Shown piece after piece: positions 54,524 to 63,832 of a DNA stretch of 64,000 nucleotides. The notes below the pieces were generated by a model. That model saw only the letters and a list, made by a program, of their open reading frames with translations, was not told the origin of the DNA and searched no databases. Position 1 is the first letter of the stretch; every line of letters begins with the position of its first letter. The DNA is from Gemmatimonadales bacterium (lineage in GTDB: Bacteria; Gemmatimonadota; Gemmatimonadetes; Gemmatimonadales; GWC2-71-9): positions 63,091-127,090 of the forward strand of contig JBFJCP010000009.1 of NCBI GenBank assembly GCA_041615815.1. Reading direction: 5' to 3'. The translations under genes and the position numbers were made by a program.

Positions 54524-56149
54524 TCACCGCTCCGCCAGATGTTGGGCAAACCGCTCCCGGAGTAGAGTCTTCTGCACCTTGCCGGTACCGCCAAGCGGGA
54601 GCTCGGTCTCGAACACGACGTCGTCAGGGATCCACCAGTCAGCCACCTTCCCCTTGAAAAACCCGAGAATGTCCTCCTTGGTCGGAGACCGGTTCTTCTT
54701 GGCAACGATCACGAGGAGAGGCCGCTCGGTCCATTTCTCGTCGGGGATCCCGATCACCGCCGCTTGGGCCACGTCGGGATGACTGGTGGCGACGTCCTCC
54801 AGCTCGATGGAGCTGATCCATTCACCACCAGACTTGACGAGGTCCTTTTTCCGATCGGTGATCTGCATGAACCCGCGTTCATCGATCGTCGCATAGTCGC
54901 CCGTCGCGAGCCATCCGTCCTCGTCATGCATCGTGGAGCGTCGTAACCGATAATAACCATTGCAGACCCAGGGTCCTCGGACTTTGAGCTCCCCAAAACT
55001 CTTCCCGTCTCGGGGGAGCGGCTTTCCCTGCTCGTCCACGACTTTCATCTCGACGCCAAACGGCGGCCGGCCCTGTTTGCACTGCAGATCGAGACGCGCG
55101 TCGACCGGCAGCGCTCGCTCCTTGAATGAAAGCACGTTGACGGAGCCGACGGGGCTCATCTCCGTCATCCCCCAGCCGTGGATGACCGCCACGCCGAACT
55201 CACGTTCAAACGCATCGATCATCGCCCGCGGCGGTGCCGACCCCCCCACGACGACACGCTGAAGGGAGGGCACACCGGACCCGCTTTCCCGCCAGTGGCT
55301 CAGCAGCCCAACCCATACCGTCGGCACTCCGGCTGTCAGCGTGACCTCTTCGTCCCTCAGCAGCTCCGTGAGACTGGGACCATCGAGGGCCGGCCCCGGA
55401 AACACGAGCTTGGCACCGGTCATGGGAGTGGCGTACGGAATCCCCCATGCGTTGGCGTGAAACATGGGCACCACCGGCAACACGGATTGGGACTCGTCGA
55501 GGTGCAACACGCCCGGCAGCGCGATCGCGAACGAGTGCAGGACGGTGGATCGGTGGCTGTACAGCACACCCTTCGGATTACCGGTCGTGCCCGACGTATA
55601 GCAGAGGGACGACGCCGTCTGCTCGGAGAATTCGGGCCATGAGAAATCATCAGAATGCGCGTGCACCACATCCTCGTAGCACTGAACGCCATCCCGGACC
55701 GATGATGGCATGTGCTCCCGATCGGTCATGATCACGATGCCCTCGACGGACTTGAGCTTATCCGCGATGGCCTCGATCAGGGGAACGAAGGTGAGATCGA
55801 CGAACAGATACTTGTCTTTCGCGTGGTTGATGATGTAGGCCAGTTGGGACGGGTGCAGCCGAGGGTTCATGGTGTGACAAATGGCGCCAAGGCCCGAGAC
55901 GGCATAATAGATCTCGAAGTGGCGATACCCATTCCACGCAATGGTGCCGATCCGATCGCCCTCCTCGACGCCCAGCGCCACGAGTGCGTTGGCCAATTGC
56001 TTGGACCGCCGGTGCGCGTCCGCGTAGGTGTAGCGGTGGATCGGGCCCTCCACGGTCCGGGACACGATCTCTCCGTCCGCGTAGACGCGGGCGCCGTGTT
56101 CGAGGAGGGACGAGATGAGAAGCGGCCGATTCATCATCAAGCCACGCAT
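54524..56149 (-). CDS. acyl-CoA synthetase (medium/long-chain; DmdB/AlkK-like)
   Basis: [20 protein letters not shown] and KSGGEWISS motifs. Confidence 0.92.
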   Translation of the reverse strand: MRGLMMNRPLLISSLLEHGARVYADGEIVSRTVEGPIHRYTYADAHRRSKQLANALVALGVEEGDRIGTIAWNGYRHFEIYYAVSGLGAICHTMNPRLHPSQLAYIINHAKDKYLFVDLTFVPLIEAIADKLKSVEGIVIMTDREHMPSSVRDGVQCYEDVVHAHSDDFSWPEFSEQTASSLCYTSGTTGNPKGVLYSHRSTVLHSFAIALPGVLHLDESQSVLPVVPMFHANAWGIPYATPMTGAKLVFPGPALDGPSLTELLRDEEVTLTAGVPTVWVGLLSHWRESGSGVPSLQRVVVGGSAPPRAMIDAFEREFGVAVIHGWGMTEMSPVGSVNVLSFKERALPVDARLDLQCKQGRPPFGVEMKVVDEQGKPLPRDGKSFGELKVRGPWVCNGYYRLRRSTMHDEDGWLATGDYATIDERGFMQITDRKKDLVKSGGEWISSIELEDVATSHPDVAQAAVIGIPDEKWTERPLLVIVAKKNRSPTKEDILGFFKGKVADWWIPDDVVFETELPLGGTGKVQKTLLRERFAQHLAER

Positions 56150-56203
56150 GCCGCAGGCTCCTTTGCCTCGTCTCGAGAGGGTGGCGTCGACCTCTGCTCC
56201 GCT

Positions 56204-56572
56204 TTATCGAGCCGGGCGAGAAAGAAACAGCATCTCGGTGTCGCGGTTCAAGAGCACCCAGAGCGTATACACGCCGAGCGCGGTTCCGATGGGCACGTTG
56301 AACAGGTTGAGCGCGCCCACGACCAGGACCAACACCCTTGCCCACCGCTGGCGATTGAGTAGGCCGATCCCCCCAATGATCCCGGGGACGGACACGACAA
56401 GGAGGAAGAGACCGACCACGGTTCCGAGGGCCGCCAAGAGACCCATGGCGGCGAGATCACCCGACAGCAGCCCAATACCGGACAGCGTGCCGAACACGAC
56501 GAAGCCCGCCAGCAGGCCGAGTGCATGGTACAGGATGTACAGCACGCCGAGGAGCGTGACGTGTCGATCCAC
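56204..56572 (-). CDS. small integral membrane protein, function unknown
   Basis: AAGGAGG RBS before GTG; 3-4 hydrophobic segments; PIGTALGVYTLWVL. Confidence 0.7.
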   Translation of the reverse strand: MDRHVTLLGVLYILYHALGLLAGFVVFGTLSGIGLLSGDLAAMGLLAALGTVVGLFLLVVSVPGIIGGIGLLNRQRWARVLVLVVGALNLFNVPIGTALGVYTLWVLLNRDTEMLFLSRPAR

Positions 56573-56827
56573 GAGGCCGCCCTCCTTCGCACGACGCGAT
56601 CGTTCCTGCGAATTAGTCACCCCGGCCGCAGATCTGTCAAACACAGGTGGCAGTGGCACGTGCCCGTAGTGGAGGATTGGGCAGACCGTCCCGCCGGCGC
56701 CCTGGGCCGCTGCTCACGAGAACTGGCCTAATTGTCGGATGGTGAGGGGTCGCCAGGATCTCTAGACACCGGACCGGCCTGGCCACCGCGGCCGCGCGGG
56801 GAAACCGCCGGTGCCGGGCGTCAACCG

Positions 56828-57010
56828 CTACGCGGCTTCCGCCAACCCAATGAGTAGGGCGTCGAGATAGGCGAAGTACGAGCCACAGTCCTCTTGCTCC
56901 CACGCGCGATGGAGCACGTGGAGCGCGACGCGAAACCGCCGCTCGGGCAATTGGATGTGCACCACGTGAGCTGTAGAGCCCACGGGTCTGCGTTGCGAGG
57001 TATCGGACAC
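56828..57010 (-). CDS. possible small hypothetical protein (60 aa)
   Basis: GGGGAG RBS-like sequence before GTG; fills the intergenic space; no recognisable motif. Confidence 0.35.
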   Translation of the reverse strand: MSDTSQRRPVGSTAHVVHIQLPERRFRVALHVLHRAWEQEDCGSYFAYLDALLIGLAEAA

Positions 57011-57126
57011 GCTCCCCTCCCCAGGTGAGACCGTTACCTCATCGACCTGCTTCCTCCTACCAGTACGACCCACACACTCATTTAGTTCCCAATCTGCGCT
57101 GGGGGACGGGTGGCGACGCCACGAGG

Positions 57127-57155
57127 TTGCCGCCCGGATTGGGCCCACCTATGTT
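57127..57155 (+). promoter_or_regulatory. sigma70-type promoter for tRNA-Leu
   Basis: TTGCCG-17 nt-TATGTT. Confidence 0.6.
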
Positions 57156-57172
57156 TCTCAACCCGTCAACAC

Positions 57173-57256
57173 GCCGAAGTGGTGGAACTGGTAGACGCGC
57201 TGCGTTCAGGGCGCAGTGGGCGCAAGCCCGTGTGGGTTCGAATCCCACCTTCGGCA
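57173..57256 (+). tRNA. tRNA-Leu (anticodon CAG); CCA not encoded
   Basis: Acceptor stem GCCGAAG/CTTCGGC, D-loop GG, anticodon arm CTGCG-TTCAGGG-CGCAG, long variable arm, GGTTCGAATCC T-arm. Confidence 0.97.
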
Positions 57257-57337
57257 TGGAAGAAAGTCGGAACGCGAGAAGGCCAGAGGCCGGAAGGTCG
57301 GAAGGTTCCGTGGTCTGATCGTGAATGCACGGAACGG

Positions 57338-57370
57338 AAAAGGGGCGGCATCCTGCCGCCCCTCTCTTCT
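57338..57370. terminator. probable bidirectional terminator between tRNA-Leu and the M15 peptidase gene
   Basis: AGGGGCGGCA-TCC-TGCCGCCCCT with an A run on the left and a T/C-rich tract on the right. Confidence 0.7.
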
Positions 57371-57412
57371 TCCCGTCCGTCCTTCCAACCTTCTAGCCTT
57401 CCATCTTCTTCC

Positions 57413-58456
57413 CTACCATCTGGCTCGCTGCCCCCGGGCATCGACATGGACAAACGGCCCATGGGCCGCGTTTGCTCGATACACGCCGACGCCACCGTGG
57501 AGACCATGATCGCCTTCCACCTCATCCACGATCTTGGACAGCAGACGGGCATCGCCGAGCCCGGTGCGTCCGTCGCCGTCCAGGTCGTCCATGACGCCGT
57601 CTCCATCGACGTCCACGAAGATATCCGCGGCATCGCCCCAGAGATGGCGGCTGTACACGGTCCTGTTCCCGATGGAGGCGTTGTACGCCGGCGTACGGAA
57701 ACCGGACATCACATGGAGCGTCGGTACACGGTATCCGGCGTCATTCACCGCTTGCACGACCGCCTCGAGCTTGACCACCAGTGGCATGCTGAGCGCGAGA
57801 TAGCTGGGCGAGCCCGGCTGCTTGCACAAAAACTGCCCCAACACGAAATGGGGAGAGACGAGCACGTCGTGCTCGGCGGCTCCTACTTCCACGAATCCTG
57901 ACGGTGGAACGTAGATCGGATTGCCCCGCAGCGGACGGTCGCGGTACTCACCGATGCGATACCCGTGCAGCTGTCCATCGTGCACGTGCGCCCGCGGATG
58001 CATGACCAAAACGTTGACGTGGTATGGTGAGAGGCTCGGGCCCGAGAGGCGGAGGGCATAGACACCCGGCTCCGCCGGCGCCACCCATTGCCAGCCCATT
58101 GGCGGCCGCACGCGCGCACTCCCCTGAGCATAGCGGAGCTCCATGGACCGAGCGGCGGCCGCGTCCACCTGCACGAGCAGCGTCTCACCAGGCAGCGCGG
58201 TCACGGCCATGACCCGATGGGCGAGGCGTTGTCCCGCAATCGTCACGGCGTTCCCGGCCGGCAGGGGCCCCGTGGACACCGCCATGTGGTCGTCCCGGCG
58301 CAGTGGACGGAGCGTAGTATCGCGCACGACCGTCAGGTCGTCCCAGTCCTCTGCGTGCGCGGGCTGGGGCACCGCCGGCCGTCCACCGGCATACCCGGCC
58401 CCCGCGACCGCGGCCGCGATGCCGACGAGGACACTGGTTCGGTATGCTCGCGTCAT
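57413..58456 (-). CDS. exported peptidase M15 (YcbK/MepK-like) with N-terminal extension
   Basis: SGFRTPAYN, SRHLWGDAADI and FVHVDARG zinc-peptidase motifs. Confidence 0.85.
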   Translation of the reverse strand: MTRAYRTSVLVGIAAAVAGAGYAGGRPAVPQPAHAEDWDDLTVVRDTTLRPLRRDDHMAVSTGPLPAGNAVTIAGQRLAHRVMAVTALPGETLLVQVDAAAARSMELRYAQGSARVRPPMGWQWVAPAEPGVYALRLSGPSLSPYHVNVLVMHPRAHVHDGQLHGYRIGEYRDRPLRGNPIYVPPSGFVEVGAAEHDVLVSPHFVLGQFLCKQPGSPSYLALSMPLVVKLEAVVQAVNDAGYRVPTLHVMSGFRTPAYNASIGNRTVYSRHLWGDAADIFVDVDGDGVMDDLDGDGRTGLGDARLLSKIVDEVEGDHGLHGGVGVYRANAAHGPFVHVDARGQRARW

Positions 58457-58559
58457 TCGTTCAAGTGCAAGCGGTGAGTCATTCGTACGTTGTCCCGAAA
58501 CGTAGCAATTTAATGGATGGGACCCCTGGGCGGCGTGACGCGCCGCACACCGCCGCGGT

Positions 58560-60320
58560 CTACGGTGACGCCGTGATCCCGAGGATCGGCCGTTCGCGAA
58601 ACCGAAACTCGCCTTGCAGTCCTGCGAGAATGGCCGCATCACGCGCGTAGATATCGGGCCAGAAGTGGACGTCACCGTCGAAGCCGGGGGACGCCGTCCA
58701 ATACACCAACAGGACGGGGATGGGCTGCCGCAGAAACACCGTTTTCGTCTCCCCGTCGGCGATCAGCCGCTCGATGGCCTCGCGCGTCCACTTGGGTTCA
58801 TCGAGGACCAGCTCGGCCAGCCGTAACGGATCTTCCACTCGGACGCATCCGGAGCTGAACGTTCGCGTCGCTCGATCGAAAAGGGAGCGCGACGGCGTGT
58901 CGTGCAGAAAGACCGCGTGGGGATTGGGAAAAATGAACTTGACCCGCCCAAGCGCGTTCCGCGGTCCAGCGTCCTGCCGTAGCGTGTACGGCAAGGTGCG
59001 GGCCGTGTACGCGGACCAATGGACATTGGACGGATCCACCGCACTCCCGCTCCGGTCCAGGACCTTGAGCCCCTTCGCCGCCACGGAGCCGGGATCGCGC
59101 CGTGCCGCAGGAAGGATGTCCTTGTCGAGGATCCCCGGTGGCACCGTCCAGGTGGGATTGAACACGAGGTACTTGAGATCGGCTTTGAACACCGGCGTCT
59201 CTCGATACGCCTGCCCCACCTGCGCTCGGGTCTCCCACACGAGCTCACCGTCTTTCACGAAATAGACGCGAAAACCGGCAATGTTCACCGCCACGAACGT
59301 GACCGGAATCTCGTGCAGGATCCATCGTCCTCGTTCCAGGCTGGCGAGGATCTGATCCACGCGCGTTTCGACGGGCGTGTTCAGCGCGGCGAGCGTCCCG
59401 CGGCCCACCTCGCCATCTCCCAGGAGCGCGTGCCGGTGCTGAAAATGCTCGACGGCCTTGACCAACGTGCTGTCGAACACCGACGCCATGTCGGACACGG
59501 CGGTGGCGAGATCACCCGTCAAGGCGAGCCGCTGTCTGAGCAGCGGCACCCGCGGATCGACGACGCCGAACTTGAGGGCGGGGCCATCCGGAATGGACGG
59601 CCATCCCCCGGCAGCCGCGATCGCCCGGTAGCGATCGAGGGCATCCTTCAGTCCCACGTAGAGCGGGTGTTGCGGCTTGTAGGCCTCGATGATCTCGAAC
59701 AGCTCCCCGGAGGCAATCGCCTCTTCCATGAGCTGCGCGGGATCCAGGTGATCGATCTCTCGCGACATGTTCCAGTTGGCGTCCAGCCGCTCCGGATCGA
59801 CCTTGCCGAACAGAATGTGGTAGCCCAACCGTACGAGGGCATCCGTCAGGAGCAAGTCGAAATCCGACCGCAACTCGAGATCGGTGGGATTCCGGGCGAC
59901 GGCTTCCTGGAGGAGGCTGAGTGAGGTGTAGTGATAATCGGTTGGCTCGAGACCGTCACGCCGACTCTCGTTGATCGCCCGAAAGAGCGCCTCGACCGCC
60001 ATCGAGTCGGTCCACGCCCGCCGGAACGTACGATTCTCGTAGAAGTCCGACACCACGCGAGCCGACGCGATAGCGGCGTCGCCAATCTCGAGTGTCCCGA
60101 TGTCTCGGAGGCGCTCGATCCGTTCCTGCAGAATCGGCTGGGCGGGATCGGGGGGGAGCGCCGCCGGCTCGACACGGCGGGCCGTGCGTCGATCGGCCTG
60201 CTGTCGGCCGCCGCACGATGCCGCGAGCATGACGATCGCCAATGAACCGACGACCCCCGACAGCACCCACCGCCGGGTCATTCGCCGCGCCAATCGGGAG
60301 GAAAACGTCCGCACCACCAC
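58560..60320 (-). CDS. L,D-transpeptidase (YcbB/LdtD-like) with PG-binding domain
   Basis: FNPTWTVP, GPRNALGRVKFIFPN, FLHDTP and FSSGCVRV motifs; TRRWVL...LAASC leader. Confidence 0.92.
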   Translation of the reverse strand: MVVRTFSSRLARRMTRRWVLSGVVGSLAIVMLAASCGGRQQADRRTARRVEPAALPPDPAQPILQERIERLRDIGTLEIGDAAIASARVVSDFYENRTFRRAWTDSMAVEALFRAINESRRDGLEPTDYHYTSLSLLQEAVARNPTDLELRSDFDLLLTDALVRLGYHILFGKVDPERLDANWNMSREIDHLDPAQLMEEAIASGELFEIIEAYKPQHPLYVGLKDALDRYRAIAAAGGWPSIPDGPALKFGVVDPRVPLLRQRLALTGDLATAVSDMASVFDSTLVKAVEHFQHRHALLGDGEVGRGTLAALNTPVETRVDQILASLERGRWILHEIPVTFVAVNIAGFRVYFVKDGELVWETRAQVGQAYRETPVFKADLKYLVFNPTWTVPPGILDKDILPAARRDPGSVAAKGLKVLDRSGSAVDPSNVHWSAYTARTLPYTLRQDAGPRNALGRVKFIFPNPHAVFLHDTPSRSLFDRATRTFSSGCVRVEDPLRLAELVLDEPKWTREAIERLIADGETKTVFLRQPIPVLLVYWTASPGFDGDVHFWPDIYARDAAILAGLQGEFRFRERPILGITASP

Positions 60321-60374
60321 ACGACCAAATCTACGACAAGGCGCGCGCCGACGGAAATCGTAGAGCCGTGATGC

Positions 60375-61808
60375 TCAATAGCGCGCCAGCCGCGGGTCCA
60401 CTTCCTCCGCCCAAGCGTGGATGCCCCCCTGGAGACTTCGTACTCTGGGATGTCCGGCGGCACGAAGAACCTCGAGGGCCCGAAGAGACCGAACCCCGGT
60501 ATGGCAGAACGTGACCAGATCCTTGTGCCCGTCCAACTCACCGAGCCGGTCCGGCAGATCACCGAGAGGGATGAGCAGCGCGTCGTCGATGTGGCAGATC
60601 TCCCACTCGTACGGCTCACGGACGTCGATCAAAACGAGATCGTTCCGCTGGCCCAGCTCCCGAGCCAGATCCGTCGCGGACACCTCGAAGTGTTCGTACG
60701 AGGGCTCCGCCCCGATCCCGCAAAACGCCTCGTAATCGATGAGCTTGTGCACCGTGGGACGATGACCGCACACCGGACAATCCGGATCCTTCCGCAGTTT
60801 CAATTCCCGGAATTTGAGGTTCAAGGCATCGAACAGGAGCAGACGCCCCACCAAGGTGTCGCCCCGATTGAGGAGGAGCTTGATGGCTTCCAACGCTTGG
60901 ATGCTGCCGACGATGCCTGGCAGCACACCCAACACACCGCCCTCGGCGCACGACGGCACGAGGCCCGGCGGCGGGGGCTCGCGAAAGAGGCAGCGATAAC
61001 ACGGGCCCTCGGGATGCCCAAAGATCGACGCCTGTCCCTCGAATCGGAAAATCGACCCGTACACATAAGGTTTACCGAGGAGCACCGATGCGTCGTTCAC
61101 CAGATAACGGGTGGGGAAATTGTCCGTGCCGTCGACGATCACGTCGAACCCCTCCAAGACATCCAGCGCATTCTCCGACGTGAGCCGGGTCTCGAACCCC
61201 TCGATGCGGATGTAGGGATTCAGGTCCTTCAGACGCGCCTCGGCTGACTCGAGCTTGGAGCTGCCGACGGCACCTGTCCCGTGAACGATCTGACGCTGGA
61301 GGTTCGTCTCGTCCACTCGATCGAAGTCGACGAGTCCAATTCTCCCTACGCCCGCAGCCGCCAGATACAGTGCGGCCGGTGAGCCCAACCCGCCGGCCCC
61401 AATGAGGAGCACGCTGGACGCTTTGAGACGTCGTTGCCCCGTGGGACCGACCTCCGGGAGGATCAGGTGCCTGGAGTACCGAAGCACCTCTTCATGGGAG
61501 AGCTCGGGGAGATCGGACGGCTTCACGGCTGTCGCTCCTCCAGCAATGCTGGGAACGATGGTCACCTCGTCCCCGGCGGCCACCTGCGTCGCTTCATTGG
61601 CCAGGGACCGAATATCGCGGTCGTTGACGAAGACATTCACAAAGCTGCGCAGCCGGCCGTCCTCGCCAAACAGGTGCGGCTCGAGCTTCCCATGTGCCGA
61701 CCGAATCTGGTCCAAGATCTCCTGCACCGACCCTGCCGACACGTGCAGCGTGGCCTGCCCACCCGCGTACGGGCGCAGAGGGGTCGGAATGTGAACCGTC
61801 ACTGCCAT
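60375..61808 (-). CDS. moeB: fusion of a MoaD/CysO-like ubiquitin-like sulfur carrier, a MoeB/E1 adenylyltransferase and a rhodanese
   Basis: Ubl IPTPLR...VPSIAGG (aa 1-91); RYSRH, GAGGLG, NLQRQ, CYRC, PSCAEGG and CPVC; rhodanese DVRE and CHTGVRS. Confidence 0.93.
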   Translation of the reverse strand: MAVTVHIPTPLRPYAGGQATLHVSAGSVQEILDQIRSAHGKLEPHLFGEDGRLRSFVNVFVNDRDIRSLANEATQVAAGDEVTIVPSIAGGATAVKPSDLPELSHEEVLRYSRHLILPEVGPTGQRRLKASSVLLIGAGGLGSPAALYLAAAGVGRIGLVDFDRVDETNLQRQIVHGTGAVGSSKLESAEARLKDLNPYIRIEGFETRLTSENALDVLEGFDVIVDGTDNFPTRYLVNDASVLLGKPYVYGSIFRFEGQASIFGHPEGPCYRCLFREPPPPGLVPSCAEGGVLGVLPGIVGSIQALEAIKLLLNRGDTLVGRLLLFDALNLKFRELKLRKDPDCPVCGHRPTVHKLIDYEAFCGIGAEPSYEHFEVSATDLARELGQRNDLVLIDVREPYEWEICHIDDALLIPLGDLPDRLGELDGHKDLVTFCHTGVRSLRALEVLRAAGHPRVRSLQGGIHAWAEEVDPRLARY

Positions 61809-61827
61809 CTGTCCGTCTCCTTCCCTC

Positions 61828-62247
61828 TCAATCTACGACGTGAACGATGCGTTCGACGAACCCGCTGCGATCGTCCGTGAGCTGCCAGGCACGCGCGTGG
61901 CCGGCGGACCCCCCAACGACCGACACGATTAAGTAGTGATACCACGGCCAGGCGTACTCACGATCGAACACCGAGGGCTCCGGCGCCACGTCCGGATGCG
62001 AGTGATAGACGCCCAGGATATCCATTCCCGCGGATTCCGCCTCTCGACCGGCCGCCTGCACGTCCTGTGGCGTGATGAGGTATCGCCGTGCTGCTGCCGA
62101 CCGCTCCCGCCGATTCGCGGTGGGACGCTGGTAGCGCACCTGCACCTCCTGAGCCGACTCGCCGATCAACAAGCCGCACCCTTCATGGGGATACGCCGCT
62201 TCGAGCAGGCCGTGAATCTCCGCCAGCACGGTTCCCGGAATGATCAT
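61828..62247 (-). CDS. JAB/M67 metallopeptidase (Mec-like)
   Basis: YPHEGCG...YHSHPD...PSVFD JAMM motif. Confidence 0.92.
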   Translation of the reverse strand: MIIPGTVLAEIHGLLEAAYPHEGCGLLIGESAQEVQVRYQRPTANRRERSAAARRYLITPQDVQAAGREAESAGMDILGVYHSHPDVAPEPSVFDREYAWPWYHYLIVSVVGGSAGHARAWQLTDDRSGFVERIVHVVD

Positions 62248-63248
62248 GGATGCCCGCCAGTCACGCGATGGCGCTCCGAGAGATATCGCTGACCACTGTC
62301 GGGCGCGACGGCGACGACGACCGGCTCCACATCCCCCGCCTCCCGTGCTCGGATGACCAGTGCCTCCGCCGCCAGGACCGCCGCGCCGGCCGACCAACCC
62401 ACGAACAACCCGTAATCGGCGGCCAGACGACGCACGCAGGCATCCGCGCGTTCGGTCTGCACGAACACGGTTTCATCCACGTGTTCGGCCCGATAGATCC
62501 CCGGCACGATCGCCGTTGCCATGTGCTTTAGGCCCTCGAGCCCGTGCAACGGTCCTTCCGGCTCGACGGCGATCACCCGGATGTCCCCTCGCTGCTCCGT
62601 GAGGTAACGACCGGCCCCCATCAACGTCCCGCTGGTTCCCACCCCCGCTACGAGATGCGTGATCTGGCCGCGGGTGTCCCGCCAAATCTCCGGCCCCGTC
62701 GTGCGATAGTGCGCCTCGGGGTTCGCCGGATGACTGTATTGATCCGCGTACCAGTAGCGGGCCGGCTCCTCGGCAGCGATCTCGCGGGCGCGCCGAATGG
62801 CGCCGTCGCTCCCCTCGAGGGGATCCGTCTCGATCACCTCCGCGCCGTACGCCGCGAGCAACGCCATCCGCTCGGCAGACGCGTTCGCCGGTACGCACAC
62901 GGTGATTTGCACCCCCGCCGCAGCGCCCAGCATCGCGTATGCAATGGCCGTGTTCCCACTGGATGCGTCGAGCAAGCGTTTGCGTGGCAGCTCCCCTGCC
63001 CGCAGGCCGTGGCGCAGGATCCCTCGGGCGGGCCGGTCTTTGACCGAACCGCCCGGATTGAACCACTCCGCTTTGAGCCAGATCCTTTGCACGTCCGATT
63101 CGACCTGTACACTCAGCGGCAACAGCGGGGTGTTCCCGACCAGACTCCACAGGGCGGGTTCTGAATGAGGTGCCCGAAGAGGAACAGCGCCCCGGTGGGG
63201 CGCGACGCGAGCGTTGAGCACGGTCAGTCTGCCTAAGCGATCGATCAT
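62244..63248 (-). CDS. PLP-dependent cysteine synthase (CysM-like)
   Basis: VGNTPL, NPGGSVKDR, SSGNT, GVGTSGT and PDSGQRYLS motifs; start uncertain (63221, 63248 or 63263). Confidence 0.92.
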   Translation of the reverse strand: MIDRLGRLTVLNARVAPHRGAVPLRAPHSEPALWSLVGNTPLLPLSVQVESDVQRIWLKAEWFNPGGSVKDRPARGILRHGLRAGELPRKRLLDASSGNTAIAYAMLGAAAGVQITVCVPANASAERMALLAAYGAEVIETDPLEGSDGAIRRAREIAAEEPARYWYADQYSHPANPEAHYRTTGPEIWRDTRGQITHLVAGVGTSGTLMGAGRYLTEQRGDIRVIAVEPEGPLHGLEGLKHMATAIVPGIYRAEHVDETVFVQTERADACVRRLAADYGLFVGWSAGAAVLAAEALVIRAREAGDVEPVVVAVAPDSGQRYLSERHRVTGGHP

Positions 63249-63252
63249 CGCA

Positions 63253-63277
63253 ATACCCGACAAATGAACTCGGGTTT
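63253..63277. promoter_or_regulatory. IscR/Rrf2-type operator palindrome
   Basis: ATACCCGAC-AAATGAA-CTCGGGTTT, a 9-7-9 inverted repeat resembling the IscR type-1 consensus ATASYYGAC-N7-GTCRRSTAT. Confidence 0.65.
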
Positions 63278-63319
63278 CAACTCAAATAAAAACCGCACCC
63301 TGCATTTGGGGTTCCCGTC

Positions 63320-63772
63320 TCACTCCCGCCCGGCGATCGTGACCAGCTCTTGGACTGTGGGTTCGGCGCTCATCAGGTCCGCCAGCGAAATGCTCTCGAG
63401 GAGGTCGTCGATCCGTTGCTGCAACGCCCGCCACACCGGGCGAATGCTACAGGCGGTCTCGGATTGGCATCGTTCCGGGTTGACCATATGGGAGTCGCAA
63501 TTGACCTCGAACGTGTGGTCCTCGGCAGCCTCGATGACGTCTTTGACCGTGATGTGACCCGGCCCACGCGCGAGATAATACCCACCCTTGGCGCCCCGGA
63601 CGCTGGCAACGAGACCGGCCCGCCGGAGCTTCAGCAGGATCTGCTCGACATAGTCCGGGGGAAGGCCCTCACGCATTGCCATGTCGCGGGCGGGGGTTGG
63701 CTGCCCTCCCCCGTGCCTGGCGAGGTGCAGAGAAACGATGAGACCGTACTCGGCCCAGGTAGTGACGCGCAA
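63320..63772 (-). CDS. Rrf2-family transcriptional regulator (three Cys, IscR/CymR-like)
   Basis: YVEQILLKLRRAGLVASVRGAKGGY motif; C-x9-C-x5-C; GAGGAGG RBS before TTG. Confidence 0.93.
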   Translation of the reverse strand: MRVTTWAEYGLIVSLHLARHGGGQPTPARDMAMREGLPPDYVEQILLKLRRAGLVASVRGAKGGYYLARGPGHITVKDVIEAAEDHTFEVNCDSHMVNPERCQSETACSIRPVWRALQQRIDDLLESISLADLMSAEPTVQELVTIAGRE

Positions 63773-63788
63773 AAAACCTCCTCACGTC

Positions 63789-63817
63789 AATATTCCCAGA
63801 CCGTCCGCCTAAAGCAA
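63789..63817 (-). promoter_or_regulatory. possible sigma70-type promoter for the Rrf2 gene
   Basis: TTGCTT-17 nt-AATATT. Confidence 0.4.
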
Positions 63818-63832
63818 GCATCGAGCGGGGTT

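Noticed and set aside
57173..60320. Genomic island integrated at tRNA-Leu
   Set aside because: No integrase and no duplicated tRNA 3' end seen; composition looks like the flanks.
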